Source: Anthoceros angustus (lineage: Eukaryota; Plantae; Anthocerotophyta). Taken from it: 64,000 nucleotides of DNA. Both the position numbers and the translations under genes were made by a program. Positions 10,901 through 22,949 of the stretch are shown one piece after another. The stretch is taken from NCBI GenBank assembly GCA_010909165.1, contig VJWM01000182.1, forward strand, positions 1 through 64,000. Reading direction: 5' to 3'. How positions within the stretch are numbered: position 1 is the first letter of the stretch; every line of letters begins with the position of its first letter. The notes under the pieces were generated by a model. It saw only the letters and a program-made list of their open reading frames with translations. It searched no databases and was not told the DNA's origin.

Positions 10901-13900
10901 TTCCTTTGGCCGTCCACAAGTGAGCCAGAACCGCTCTACACCCGAAACAAGCCTGCGCTCACTACCCTGGTCGAGGTCTAGCAGCGATAACTCACCATCT
11001 GCACGAAGCACCATACACCTGCATGGCTAGCTTCCTTGTTAAGCTGCTAAGGCCTCACTTTGTCACTGATCTTTTTTGCTTGCCTACACATAGAAAGCAT
11101 ACAAGATTGTACTCAGAATGCACTTTACTAACCTTGTAGGCTGCTTTAGCATGGCATCAGCCATAAAATCCCAGGCTCCTTCCTGAAGCTTTGTGCTGCT
11201 TGTATCCACCTGAGAAGTGGGAACAAACTGCATGGCTATCGGAGGCTTCCTTGCACTCATGATAGAGAGTTCTCGTACTATAGTAAGCTGCTCAGATATC
11301 AAACTGCTGACTTTCAGGCCCTTATTTGGTTCACAACCTAGTCAAACTAATGACCATAAATGGTCCACAGACGTGTAAAGCCTTTGTTCACAGAAAATAA
11401 CAAGTGACCTCCCTTCTGAAAATACGACCTGGTTCAGAACGAAATCTAGAGAGACTGAAGATGTACCTGTACACTAGCAGGCCTGAGCGGTGACAAGTTA
11501 CCATGTACGTGAACATGGAAAACACGGATATCAAATGGTGGGCAGGCGACAAGTATGTACTCTTGCCATGCATCCATTGCGATCGGCTTGTCAAGAAGTT
11601 GCTTTCGGCACAGCAAAGACGTTTCATCAAGATGATACCTGGGATACAGACTCAATTCATACCTGTGGCAGTCCAAGAACAGTGCAACTCAGCTCACAAC
11701 CATTAATAAACAAAAAGACCACGCGAACATCATGACGTACCAGTCCACAGATCACCACACATAACTTACGTCTTACTGGCCTCACGAAAGTTGCAAACCA
11801 CCACAATTTTCCCAAGCCACAACAAGCCTGCACAATTTATTTGACGCTCCTGTATCACATCTCCAAACACACGCCATTTTTTTGACCTCAAGTCATACAG
11901 AATTAGGCCCTGACGACCAGCCATAGCCAAGTACGTTCCATCTTCATTTGCCGCAATGTGAGTAATAGGCCAATTCACCCCAATGTACGATTGCTACAGG
12001 AGAAATAGCCAACAGACACAAGTATTAGATTACTGCTTGCCAGCAGTGCTCATTGTCAACGACGACAAGAGCTCAAACTCACAGGTATCACAAGATGGTG
12101 AATTTTCAACTCATCATCCTCATCTGACTCCAAGAGCAGCACACGATCTTCTGCTTGCAGTACTTGCCAAACATGAGAGATTCCTGCAACACTTTTGCTC
12201 AAACAGCTTTTGGCAAATGGGAATTCCACAAGCCTTGAAACATGCCCTTGCTCGACAGCAAAGAGCTGGTAGCCATGCTCTCCCCAGGATAAAGCAGCAA
12301 CACCGGTAACCATCGGTTCACTCCTCGACAGATCATTTCCCGGATAATGAGAAGAATGCGAGGAAAAAGCATTGCTCATACTACCCTGCCGTATGGTACA
12401 CATCAAGCGGCACCCTGACATGGACCAGACAGCAAGGCCCCTGTGCCGCCATCCAACAGCAACTGCCGCATTGTCAGGAGTCCACCGGATGCAATTCACT
12501 GACCCTGTATCTTCAGCTGAATAACTGCACCCACAAGTCCCGCATCATGAAAAAGGCTAACGATTACTCAAAACAACACAATATGCATACCCAAGAAAAT
12601 TCTGAAACACAGGCTCATTTCGAAAGAATGCACAAGACAAGTAAAACTGTCACAAACAGATTATGAATTAACAAACAAATCACTTCACCAGATACTTGAT
12701 CACATAAGCATCAAAATAGCAGCATGGACAGTTTCTCACCCCCAGTCAAACAAGGAAATGGACCGAAGAAGTGATGCATTGTCTGCAAGATTGAACAGTT
12801 CCACAGTGCCTCGCCTTGTTCCAACAGCTAGTGTTCGCCGCTCATGTGCAATTGATGTGCACACCCCATCCAAGACCGCAATCCACCTCTCAGGACTAAT
12901 ATCAATTCCTTGTTTCAACCCCTTCCGGGTAACAGAACAAAGCAGGACACGGCCATCAAGAAGTACAGCTACAAGAAGACATAATGTCTTAGACAACTCC
13001 AGATGCAGAAAACCATTATTTGGGCCGCGCCCGCCGCTGGACTTGTTGAAAGACGCCAGGTTTGCCAAGTTGGACACCATTGGCGACCGTGGACTGCCAT
13101 TGACCTCAGTCACATAAGCTGGTCCTACGGCCGCAACTAGCCCCTGAAAAATATCAGCAGCTCCTAATATCTGGATGTACATTGAAGACGCCATGGTTAA
13201 AGACCAGTTTCTAGGCATTTTCCTTACAGAGGAATATAAGTGGACATGTCGCAGGTACAGATAAATTTACCTCACCACTCCATGAAACTACGTGCAATGA
13301 ACCATTTGAACACCCCAAAATTATGCTCGTATCATCTGCTGCAAGACAACCCCTGCACCAAATCCCTTCTTTACAAACCGGACAAGAATTGGCACGTTGA
13401 AGTCTGCCTTGACATGTTACTAGTGCCAGAAACCAAACAATGCCAGTCCACTCACACAGTGACTGCCCGGTTGAATAGAGGCAAACTTGAACTGGAGATG
13501 AACTTAATGATCACGTTAGACAGACCATGCAAATCATCTCCAGACACTCGTAATTGCTTCCCAGAACGATTTACAGCATAAAAATGCAGGCCATTGCCAG
13601 AGGTCTGCAGGACACAACAGAGGATGAGCAACGCAGCAATCCTGTAGGCAACATCTTGTCGTCTGCCGCAATCCACATCACCCATCCCACTGCCACTTGG
13701 GAGAACGCTAAGAATAAGCCCACACCACCAATCTTGAAAAGACGAGAAGGTGACTTCTGGTTGTTTCTGTTCCAGGACCAAGGGCAGAGGTAATGTAATC
13801 GATCACTGCCATACAGGATGAAGGGGGACTCACCAGGACAGCGACAGTGCTGGTAGTTGTATTCCATACAGCTTGCACATTCACACCTCCTTCTTCCACA

Positions 13901-14303
13901 GACTTGGAGTCTCGAACATGTTGCCCAAGCTTGAGCTTATGCTGCGGTTTAACAAGTCGACAATCGGATCTCTCAAGAGCTACCGGAATAGCTGTGCTCA
14001 AATAATGTCGACTCACATAATTATAGAAATCCCAAGGTCAAAGATGAAGAGCATCCACTACTAGCCCATCATCGGATGAGAACAAGGTTTTCCTACAATT
14101 GAACAAATTTTCCAGGAGCTCCTGGCCGCATGAACCGGATCCCGCCCAACACTAACCTGATCGGCACTCCAAACTTGTATATGTGTGGATGATACGAGGA
14201 GCAGAAGTCCGTGTGCAAACGCAAGGTGAACCACTGGCTGCGAGGTGAGCGAGAGACCCACAGTGATGGGGAGAGTCTTGGGCCAGCCATAAGCCATATA
14301 CAT
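7998..14303 (-). CDS. RIC1: RAB6 GEF complex subunit RIC1, multi-exon
   Basis: Start MYMAYGWPK. Exons include NWPITHIAANEDGTYLAMAGRQGLILYDLRSKKWRVFGD, LYPRYHLDETSLL, LDPELDFDREVYPLGL, YLDVVVSVARKTDSRHWSELFAAAG and EWIVVLATLL. Last exon VQENVSEF..LGEAR* ends at 7998. Confidence 0.92.
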
Positions 14304-14582
14304 GGTGGCTGCTAGTCGTAATTCGCTTCCAGCCAGGCATGCCTCAACCTGTCGTGCTAGAGCAGGGATGCCCCTCCTAGCGATTTGAGAGTGTTGAGTC
14401 GGCTTCCAGAGTGACACCTAGGTTCACCTTGGAAGAGGGTTTTCGTTATATAGGAAACGAAGAGGGGTGATCCCAACCTACACCTTTACATTCTCACAAA
14501 GTTTAGCGTGGATGTGAGTTATATGAGTCTTGGTAGGTTCGTTCAGCAGTTTTCACTTAGGAACGACGCAGGGGATTTGATG

Positions 14583-14658
14583 TTTATAACCTTTATAAAC
14601 CTCCTAGATTTAGTTTATAACCTTCTAGTTTATAACCTTCTAATTTATAACCTTCTAG
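14583..14658. repeat. ~15-bp tandem repeat TTTATAACCTTCTA(G/A)
   Basis: About five imperfect copies, upstream of RIC1. Confidence 0.7.
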
Positions 14659-15399
14659 CTTTAATGTCACGTGGAGGAGGGGTTTTTCTCCTACACGCAT
14701 CCTTGAGGTTAGCCAAGGACTTTATCCCCTGAGGCCAGGGACTTTTATCTTTTGAAGCCAGGGTCGCCTTGCCACATTTCTCCTTGCTCCTCGAGGTTGG
14801 GCTGCGTGGGCTTCAAGCGTCGCTCTTGGAGAAGCACTACCAGCAGGTACAGTTGGCCCCTCTTCCTCGTCCACCATGGAAGATTTCTTATTCAAAGGAA
14901 GTTCCCCCTTTTCCCTCTTTTCCAACGCTGCTACCTTTGCAGCATCCACATACCGGGAATTGCACGTGTGCGTCATTTGAGAGAAATATCTAGCTATGCA
15001 AGATTTCACCACTAAATCTAGGAAGGCCTCCGCCACACACTTGATTAACTAGGCCTTCTCTCCTTTCGAAGCGTCCCGCCAGCTTGTGAGGTAGCCTAGG
15101 TCGTTGACAACATTTGAAGCGCCTCAATATACAAAGCCGCTTCCGGAAAACCGTGATAATAACAAAAACAGCAGTTTCTACGTATGTAATGAATTCGTAT
15201 ATGGTTTATGGGTTTAGGGTTTTACAAAAGAGTAGTTTTCAACATCGGAACACAGTAGACATGGTCATGGGCATAGACATGCCGGTGCCCAAGATCGTTT
15301 TACATCAATCCGGAAATATAGCGGAGCATGGATTATCCAAAATAGCATCGTCTGGCGTATATGTTGTGCCAAGGATAAAAGAGATGACCGGCGCCCACC

Positions 15400-17905
15400 C
15401 TGCAGGCAAATGGTCGACAAAAGTAACTGGCATAAAACAATGTCATTGCTGCAGTCTAGGTGGAAAGGTCTTCCATTCCGACTTGAGTCTCTGGAGGGCA
15501 TTGCCCATGCACGCTATCCATAACCACTTCCAGTCCTTTCATTTGAGTACGCTATGTGTCTTCAATGTTGTGATTTTCCTCCATCGTAATATCTTTGTCA
15601 GTATGGTCTTCTTCCGCGCCACTGGTGGAGTCCTTTTGTGGCCAAATAGCGTCTAGGGTCTGCTACCCATCATCCAGGATGTCATCAGTACTCTCCTTCC
15701 TTCCGTTAGCTGCCAAACGAACAACCTACGACTGAGACCCATCCTTTTGAGACAAACTCACCTCTTTTGCCCAGAGCTAGGTCAGGCCCTCACAATGTGG
15801 TTTATGATTTAACTCCTCTTCTGCGTCTAGCAGCACTTCGTAGCCATGAACCCTCTAAGGAATAAACTCTGAGCACCTCTTATCTACCTCGATTGCAATG
15901 CAGTTGTGTCCACAGAGCAAGGCTGCCAAAGTCGTTGACCCACTCCCACCATAAGCATCCAGAATCCGATCCCCCTCCTTCGAGAAGCTTTTGATGAGCC
16001 TCGTCATCAAAGCCAATGGCCTTTGATAAGCACAGACCACCAGCTTGTCCAATGATGTGTAAAGCAACTTCTTCACCATTGTAGGATGCCCGATGACTGC
16101 CCTCCCATTGTTAAAAGACCCATGGATGTTACTGGGGATCATGAAAACTTTGATCTTCTTGCTATCCGATGTTAAACCCCACCCTATAGTCACGTACTCC
16201 GTAGTGTCGTTCCTACCCAAGTCATTGTGTATATTTGTTTTGCATAATGAATGTCTCATCTCCGGGACAGTTAAGCCACAATACACATGGGCTTCGATCC
16301 ATTGAAAACATGCCTTTCCTAGTGATATGTCCGCTAGATGCCTCATGGCTGCGTAGGTGTGGTTCCCTTCTAGAGCGCCCATAACGTACTTCTTCGCCCT
16401 AAACCTTTTCCAATCAAGTTGTTCAATGTCCTCACACTCTGCAGGGTCAATCACACATAAAAGTGGAAGGACTCCTTCTTCGATCCTTCCTTTTGCAATG
16501 ACTCGGGCAAGATAGTTTGCCCCCGCCTCATCAACTTTCCGGATCTGGGCATCAGGGGTCAGGAAGGCAGCAGGCCTCAAATTTTTGAGTTTCACCAAAA
16601 TAGTTTCGAGCACCACTTTTTTGGAACGAGCAGACTGAAGTACATTCTTAAGGTAGTCTTCATCCATATGCGACACCTCCAATCGCTCATTGTCAGTGGC
16701 CACGTGAACAATTTGAATCCCATTGCTGTCTGAAGGTCTGATTGCGCGCTTCCCTTTCAAGCGCCTCTGGGTATCTGCCGGATCCACTCTTGGAGTTCTC
16801 GTTTTCCTGCCGCCTGCCTTTGCAGAGGTCCTACGTTTTTTGCGGTTGGGCGAGGCCTCCCCGCCATCACCGTCAGAGTCAAGAGAGGTGCCGGCATGTC
16901 GGTGCCCCTCTACTTTGCATTCGCTGTCGTGGAGGGCGCCGACTTCTTTATCCCCTTCCCCAACATCAGGCCTTCCACCAGCCTCACGGCCCACTTGCAC
17001 ACCGCCCATTGTGCTAGGGTGGCACCTGCCCTAGGATGAATCCCCATGGGCGCCGACATGTCGGCACCCTCCCTCTTCAACCCCCACACCATATCCAGGC
17101 ATAAACCACCCAACCTGTGGGGTGCCCAAAGTATCTATGTCGTGAAGGGCCTATAGGGCGCCAACATGCCGGCGCCCTTCTTCCTCCACAAGGTTATAAG
17201 GCAACGTACAAACATCCATGGACGCTCCCGGCAGATTCAACTCGTCCTCCACCATTCCATCCTCCTCTTCCTGTTTAGATGCCCCATCATCTGAATGCCC
17301 TAAGACATCTAAGACGGGCCCATCCTCTTCCTCTGAAGGCCTAAACTCGTTGTCTTCTTCATCTTCCACAAATGCCAGCTCTCCCTAAGCAAAAGCTTCA
17401 AGTCCTTAGCGAGTACTCCTGTATGACATTTCTCGCTTGTGAATTTTGATAGATTGTGCTATTGCTACACACAAGACCCTGTACACAACTCTCTCATCCT
17501 CATCATAGAATTTCCAGCATCACCATTGCTTAGCACAAGACATGAATGTTTCTGACTTACGTTCTGAAAGCACAAGCGAAGACATCACAGGTTACCGTAA
17601 AGGACACTTACAGTCTGTGCAAGCATTACCTCACGAAATTTCAGAGATAAGTCCCTGGGCTCCCACTTATGGGCATTGAAGTTAGACACACTCGAACAAA
17701 TGCTATCTTTATTATGGCCGGGAAGAGTGTCAAATTCATCTGACCTTTCTATGCGAGCACACGCAACTCACGGTGCCCTCGTGCTCCAAGGCAAGTGTTG
17801 CCCACACAACCCAACCAGCCCTCACTCTTTGGTTCAGCAGAGCTCCCGCGTGTCCATCATGACAGACTCCTCATATGAATAAGATGAGGGGATTGGGTTC
17901 CCAGC
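15400..17905 (-). pseudogene. Transposon-derived ParB/Srx-like + beta-class N6A/N4C DNA methyltransferase gene (core ORF 15855-17009), internally deleted
   Basis: ParB-like: QIRKVDE..PLLCVID..ALEGNHTYAAMRHL..AHVYCGL. MTase motifs X-I-II: CAYQRPLALMTRLIKSFSKEGDRILDAYGGSGSTTLAALLCGHNCIAIEVD. A basic NLS-like NRKKRR is present. The same frame continues past in-frame TAG stops. 5' exons are homologous to 59847-60690. Confidence 0.85.
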
Positions 17906-17933
17906 AGACATTGCCTTCAACCTTGGGGGTTTA

Positions 17934-18281
17934 CCCTACTAGAAATGGCAGCCCATGTTACACTTTATGTTAAGATTTGGACCCCTGGATGTAACACTTA
18001 TGTTGCAATTTTGGGGCCATGTAACACTTTTTGGGCCTCTTGTTACACATTGGCTTGGAAACCAAACCGGAGCGTTTGTTGCAACCATATTACAATGGTG
18101 TTGCAATTATGTTGAGATGAAGTGAGAGGTGTTTTTGTCCTCTCTCAAGATTGCAACATATAAAATGTTACAAGAAAAGTCTTGTAACACTTTTGGAGGC
18201 TTGGTACCGAACCTCCTCCCCATCTACCTTCCTCCTTTTACTACTATTACCCTATGGAATACCAAGTTTTACTTAGTAGTT
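17934..18281. mobile_element. Degenerate CACTA-type non-autonomous element (MITE-like)
   Basis: Left end CCCTACTAGAAA, right end TTTTACTTAGTAGTT, with many internal TGTTACAC/TGTAACAC/TGTTGCAA subterminal motifs. Confidence 0.45.
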
Positions 18282-20452
18282 CCCATTGATACTCATATGG
18301 ATACACATACATATAAATACATGTACGAATATATTATTCGTAAAATATGCATATTGTTCATAGCCACATATACTATACGATAATTTTCTATGACATACGG
18401 TCATATTCCATTTTGTATAAAATAAGCATATATGTCACACAGATTACGTACATACTTTGTACACGTCCACGATACGGTACTTTGTATTTACCATTTATGA
18501 GAATATGGAGGCATCCATACACCCCAAATTTCACCACAACGGCCTATTTTCATTTTTCCGGTGTCACGCAACCTACCTCCTCAAGCGGGCGTTGCGTGCC
18601 TAGCTCATCCCCCATGGCCATCGGCTTCCTGCCACGGCTCGCCCAAACCATGTTATCATCGCATTTACCAGTTTATCCTTGAGCACTCAGTGCCTTTTGT
18701 GCCTACGAGTTTGTGCTACGCGGACCCATGTTTGCTATGCGCCGGCGTGGGGTTGTTTGGCTCCATACATGGCCCTCTCCATCATTTCTAATTTCCTACT
18801 CCTCATCGTAAGCATGAGAAGGAAACTTCCTACACCCCCCCTGTTTTGCGATTTTCTTCCTCCCCTTCCTCTTCCGTTCGTCCGCGACCAGCTTTGTCCT
18901 TTCCATCGCATCCATCGCCTTCTGCAGGCACCCACAGCACATACATCACAGCATGCCCTTCAAAACATGTGCAGCATACAGAGGTGTGCACAACGAGCTT
19001 TCGATTTGCTTACCTTCCCCGTACTCCATCCGTCATTCTTGCTGGGTGCTGGCTCATACTCCATCCTTGCCTCACCACCACTCTCTTCAAACTCTATGGA
19101 GCGGATGGGGCTTCGGTTCCACTCAAACTGACCACCGATCCTGCGAACCGAAGGGTATTGAGCTATGGGACTGCAAGATTCCTGAACCGGGATACTCTCG
19201 TTCGTCCAGCCTGAGCGCAAGAGCACCATCACTCTTCAATCCCGCCCCCTGCGTGAAACTATGTACGGCATTGCATCAAAGTTAGTGTTGGTCCCCTCGC
19301 TAGTCCAATCTGCTAGCCAGGCCAACTTGTCAATCACTTCATCCCACAGCCTTTGCCACAGGTAGGCAGGTTCTATCTCTGCCAAGATGGTCAGCTCAGA
19401 GATGGAACGACCAGCATAAAACAGCAAGGAAAAATCCACAATGTTCTCTTCGAAATCCACCATCTACTTAGCTTTCATTGGCACCCATGGGCCCCCTTTT
19501 GCAACGTCGGTTGTGACGCTTGGGGTGCTCCGCGGGCCCTACGATGCTGGCAGTTGCAATGTCGAGCTCTAGAAAGGGGATTGCTGATGTGCAAAAATCG
19601 TTCATGTCCCCTTCAGGCACATTCGCCGACACCCCTTATTCCCAGAGCCTTACACCCACCGCCAGCACGAGAGCTGTATGGTTGTCCTTTCTACCAAACA
19701 AACATCAGCAATCCGCCTCTCCCGGATTGCGCCTAACCCACCGCCGCTTGGCATGCATGCGGCGTGTGATCTGCTGAAGTCGTGGCGCCATCCGTGATCC
19801 CGGCAGAAGCCGTAACCTCGCCGTAATTGCAGCTTGGCGCTTCATGCTCGGCCTCTGTCAGACCTCATATACATCGGAGATGGGCATACGCATGCCCATC
19901 ACCATCCATGCCGATGCACATGAGCATGTGCTCATGATCACACACACCCCGCACGCACACATACCCATTGCATTCGCCGACATCCTATTTGCCATGACAA
20001 CTACCGCGCCATAGTTGCATAGCGGGCATGGCCTCGAACGGTTTCATGTCTAAGTTGTAACCTAACCTAACGCACACCTCTCAAGCACACCCGTAAAACG
20101 ACAAGTAAACGACAATGTTCTAAGCTAAGCACCAAAGAGTGATAAACACCAAAATGGCCCCCCTGCCAAAGTCGCAGCCACAAATTACGCTGGTTGTGGC
20201 GGCACTTTGGGCACTTTAAATACCGTAAAACCGCCGATAGAAGCGCCTGAACATGCTATCACGCAGTTGAGGCTCAGATGGTTTCTCATGCTCCAGGTGT
20301 CCTGTAGCCAGAAGGTCCGCCACCCGCCGTTCCTCGGGATCGAAGTACTCATCCACCTGAGCCTTGCCCAATCGCTGTCTTTCCATGGCACGGTGTCGAG
20401 CCATCATTTCTTCTTCTTCATCACTGTCCAGTTCGGTTTTGACCCTGGGAAG

Positions 20453-21091
20453 CTATGGCCCATTCAAACCGTTGACATAATATTGCTTCTCAATGCATTG
20501 GGCACGCAAGAAATCCCCTACGTTATTGTTAAGCAAATACCAACATTCAGACGTTGGCTCATCCCACTCCAAAGCTCCAGTCCGTAAACACACAAACAGC
20601 CTATAAAATGCCCTGGGATAACCAATGGCATACCATCCCGCCTTATCTCGGTGGAAGTGGCTAAGCCACACTTTTAAGCTGCGCACATCTGCAGGCTTCT
20701 CCTGCTGCCTGTACATCAAAAACCCCTCCTTGGGCCAGTGATCAAAGTCCTGGTGCATGAACAGGTGATGCTCCAGCTTGCGAAAGGCACCTTCACAAGA
20801 ACTGGTCCATAAAAAGGTATGCATGTTCATTCCCCGACCTGCGAGCTCAAAGAGATCCTTGTGATCATAAGGGAAGTTCTCCACTTGGCATGTTTCATGA
20901 TGCGACTCCATGTACAGTAAGAAGGCCTGTAACTCCAGGAAAGTTTCCGGCCTTTCAGGCTTGCCAGGTTGGTATTTACGCACCAACGGGTTGCGCCATT
21001 TGTCCTCCCACGGCCGTTCGGGAAACTGCGGCACACTGTGATTCATTCTGCGAAAACAAGTCCTGCATGTGTGGTCAGCCTCCAAGTCCAT
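20453..21091 (-). CDS. Uncharacterised 212-aa ORF, probable retroelement accessory gene
   Basis: Uninterrupted ORF with globular composition, on the same strand as and downstream of the integrase-PHD. No recognised motif. Confidence 0.4.
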   Translation of the reverse strand: MDLEADHTCRTCFRRMNHSVPQFPERPWEDKWRNPLVRKYQPGKPERPETFLELQAFLLYMESHHETCQVENFPYDHKDLFELAGRGMNMHTFLWTSSCEGAFRKLEHHLFMHQDFDHWPKEGFLMYRQQEKPADVRSLKVWLSHFHRDKAGWYAIGYPRAFYRLFVCLRTGALEWDEPTSECWYLLNNNVGDFLRAQCIEKQYYVNGLNGP

Positions 21092-21411
21092 GTTGGCCAG
21101 TTGTGGCTTGCACCTCGAGGACCCCCACCATGTTTTGGTTCTGACCGTTTACGCCGAGCTGTGATAGGCTGGATTGCACTCCGTCCCGCTACTCGCCGAT
21201 CTTTGGGTCAATCTGTAAACGCCCCGGCCTTCCGGCATCACGCCCCACTACTCCTAACACTACCGCTGCTTATCACTTAGTGTTGTACAAGCCCAGCATC
21301 ATCATCACCATCCTTGACAAGTGCACCTGAGTCCTATGAACCACTAACGCCGTGACCAATAGTCCCGTACTGAGATCGAAACCCACAATTTGACGCTCAG
21401 CATCAGTACGG

Positions 21412-21820
21412 CTGCGGGCACATGATTGGTGGTCAAGAACGTCACACACCACCAAGGTGCCTCAACAGCCTTGCAACATCAACGGTGATGCACGATCTTG
21501 CAGACCCTAAAATTGCGGTAGCCAACTGCGCCCAGCCTTTGCCATACCTCGCAACCGGTTGTTCCCCTTTTTACTTCCCGCACTTCACAGACTTCACTTG
21601 CCCGGCGCCTGCGGGCACATGATTGGTGGTCAAGAACGTCACACACCACCAAGGTGCCTCAACAGCCTTGCAACATCAACGGTGATGCACGATCTTGCAG
21701 GGGCCTAAAATTGCGGTAGCCAACTGCGCCCAGCGCCTTTGCCATACCTCAAATCGCAACGGTTGTTCCCCTTTTTACTTCCCGCACTTCACAGACTTCA
21801 CTTGCCCGCTGCCCTGGGCA
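21412..21820. repeat. Two tandem copies of a ~197-bp unit
   Basis: CTGCGGGCACATGATTGGTGGTCAAGAACGTCAC... begins at 21412 and again at 21609; the copies differ by small indels. Confidence 0.85.
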
Positions 21821-22536
21821 CCTGCAGCCATCACACACCTTGTCGTTAGTCACGCTTCGCCCACGTGACCTTCAATTCTCCCTAGCCTCTGCCTTCGTGC
21901 AATATCGCCGCTCTCCCGCTCCAAATCGCCCTGCCCCATGCTCTTGCCACTGGCGTGTTGGTGCTGTGTGTGTTCACGCACACGGGCTTTATGCACCGCT
22001 TGCCCTAATGGCATGGTTGTTACTTTTTAGAAGCCGTATCCACGGCATGCCATTCATCCGGCCCCCCAGCCATTTCATCTAGTCTCTGGATGGCACATTG
22101 GTGACAATACCACTCACCATCCGGTATCATCTTGAGCGGAGGCCGTAAGCAGAACACATGGTAGCCTTTGTTTTATTTGTCACACAGTATCATCAGCTCT
22201 GGGTCCGTGATGTGACCACAAAATTCGCAAGGTAAGTCGATCGGTGGCTTCCAAGCCTGTGGTTGTGTCCTCATATCTAGGTTGGGCAGGTGACATGGTG
22301 CCAAATGACGCATGTGCTCCTTGCACCATCGTCCATCTTGTCCTTCCAGCTCAATGACTCCCTGCTCACCCACACTCACCAGACATAAAATCAGACGTCC
22401 GGTACTCACATCCAGCGTGCTTGAAGGCCGATGCTGTAAGTACACAAAGTCCCCTACTTCAAACTTCCTCGCCTTGGGTTTCCATGAGCCACCTCGCGTA
22501 AAGGCATACCGGAGTTGATCTCGGTGTTGTGCAATT

Positions 22537-22568
22537 AACAGCGTCTGGGTAGAAAGGGGTTTCTCCAG
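22537..22568 (+). repeat. Terminal inverted repeat (MTase-side end) of the Sola1-like transposon, preceded by AATT target site (22533-22536)
   Basis: AACAGCGTCTGGGTAGAAAGGGGTTTCTCCAG versus TACAGCGTCTGGGTAAAAAGGGGTTTCTCCGG at 35979. Both abut AATT within the same gypsy integrase codons. Confidence 0.85.
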
Positions 22569-22949
22569 TTACCCCTTCTTGCACATGTCTGAGAATGGAC
22601 CCTTTTTTGCACCATGCAAAATCTGAACACAAATCGGCTGATACATAGCAAACCCTAGTGTTTTCCATGTGAAAGCGATTGCTTTCACATAATATGTGTT
22701 ATTGAAATGCAGCAATAATGACAAGTAACCGTAGTCCACCTTGTGGACTTGTGTATATCGGAAAAAATATTACATTTAGATGCGCAAACATGCGCCACCT
22801 CTACAAACCTAATTTATGCTCACATTCTCAATCGGGATAGATGACGATGGGGAGGGAGCAGGTCCAGGGGAGGAGTATGAGGAAGAGCGTGAGAAGAAGG
22901 CACGTGCCATGAGTTATATGAAGAAACAACGCTCTGGACTTCATAGACC

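Larger units (their letters stand above)
18562..22536 (-). mobile_element. 3' part of the DNMT-gypsy element: integrase C-terminus + PHD finger (22536-22085), 3' accessory region and probable LTR
   Basis: IAQHRDQLRYAFTRGGSWKPKARKFEVGDFVYLQHRP..., then CEFC..MILCDK*NKGYHVFCLRPPLKMIPDGEWYCHQC. The distal boundary at TGTCACG (18562) is tentative. Confidence 0.65.
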
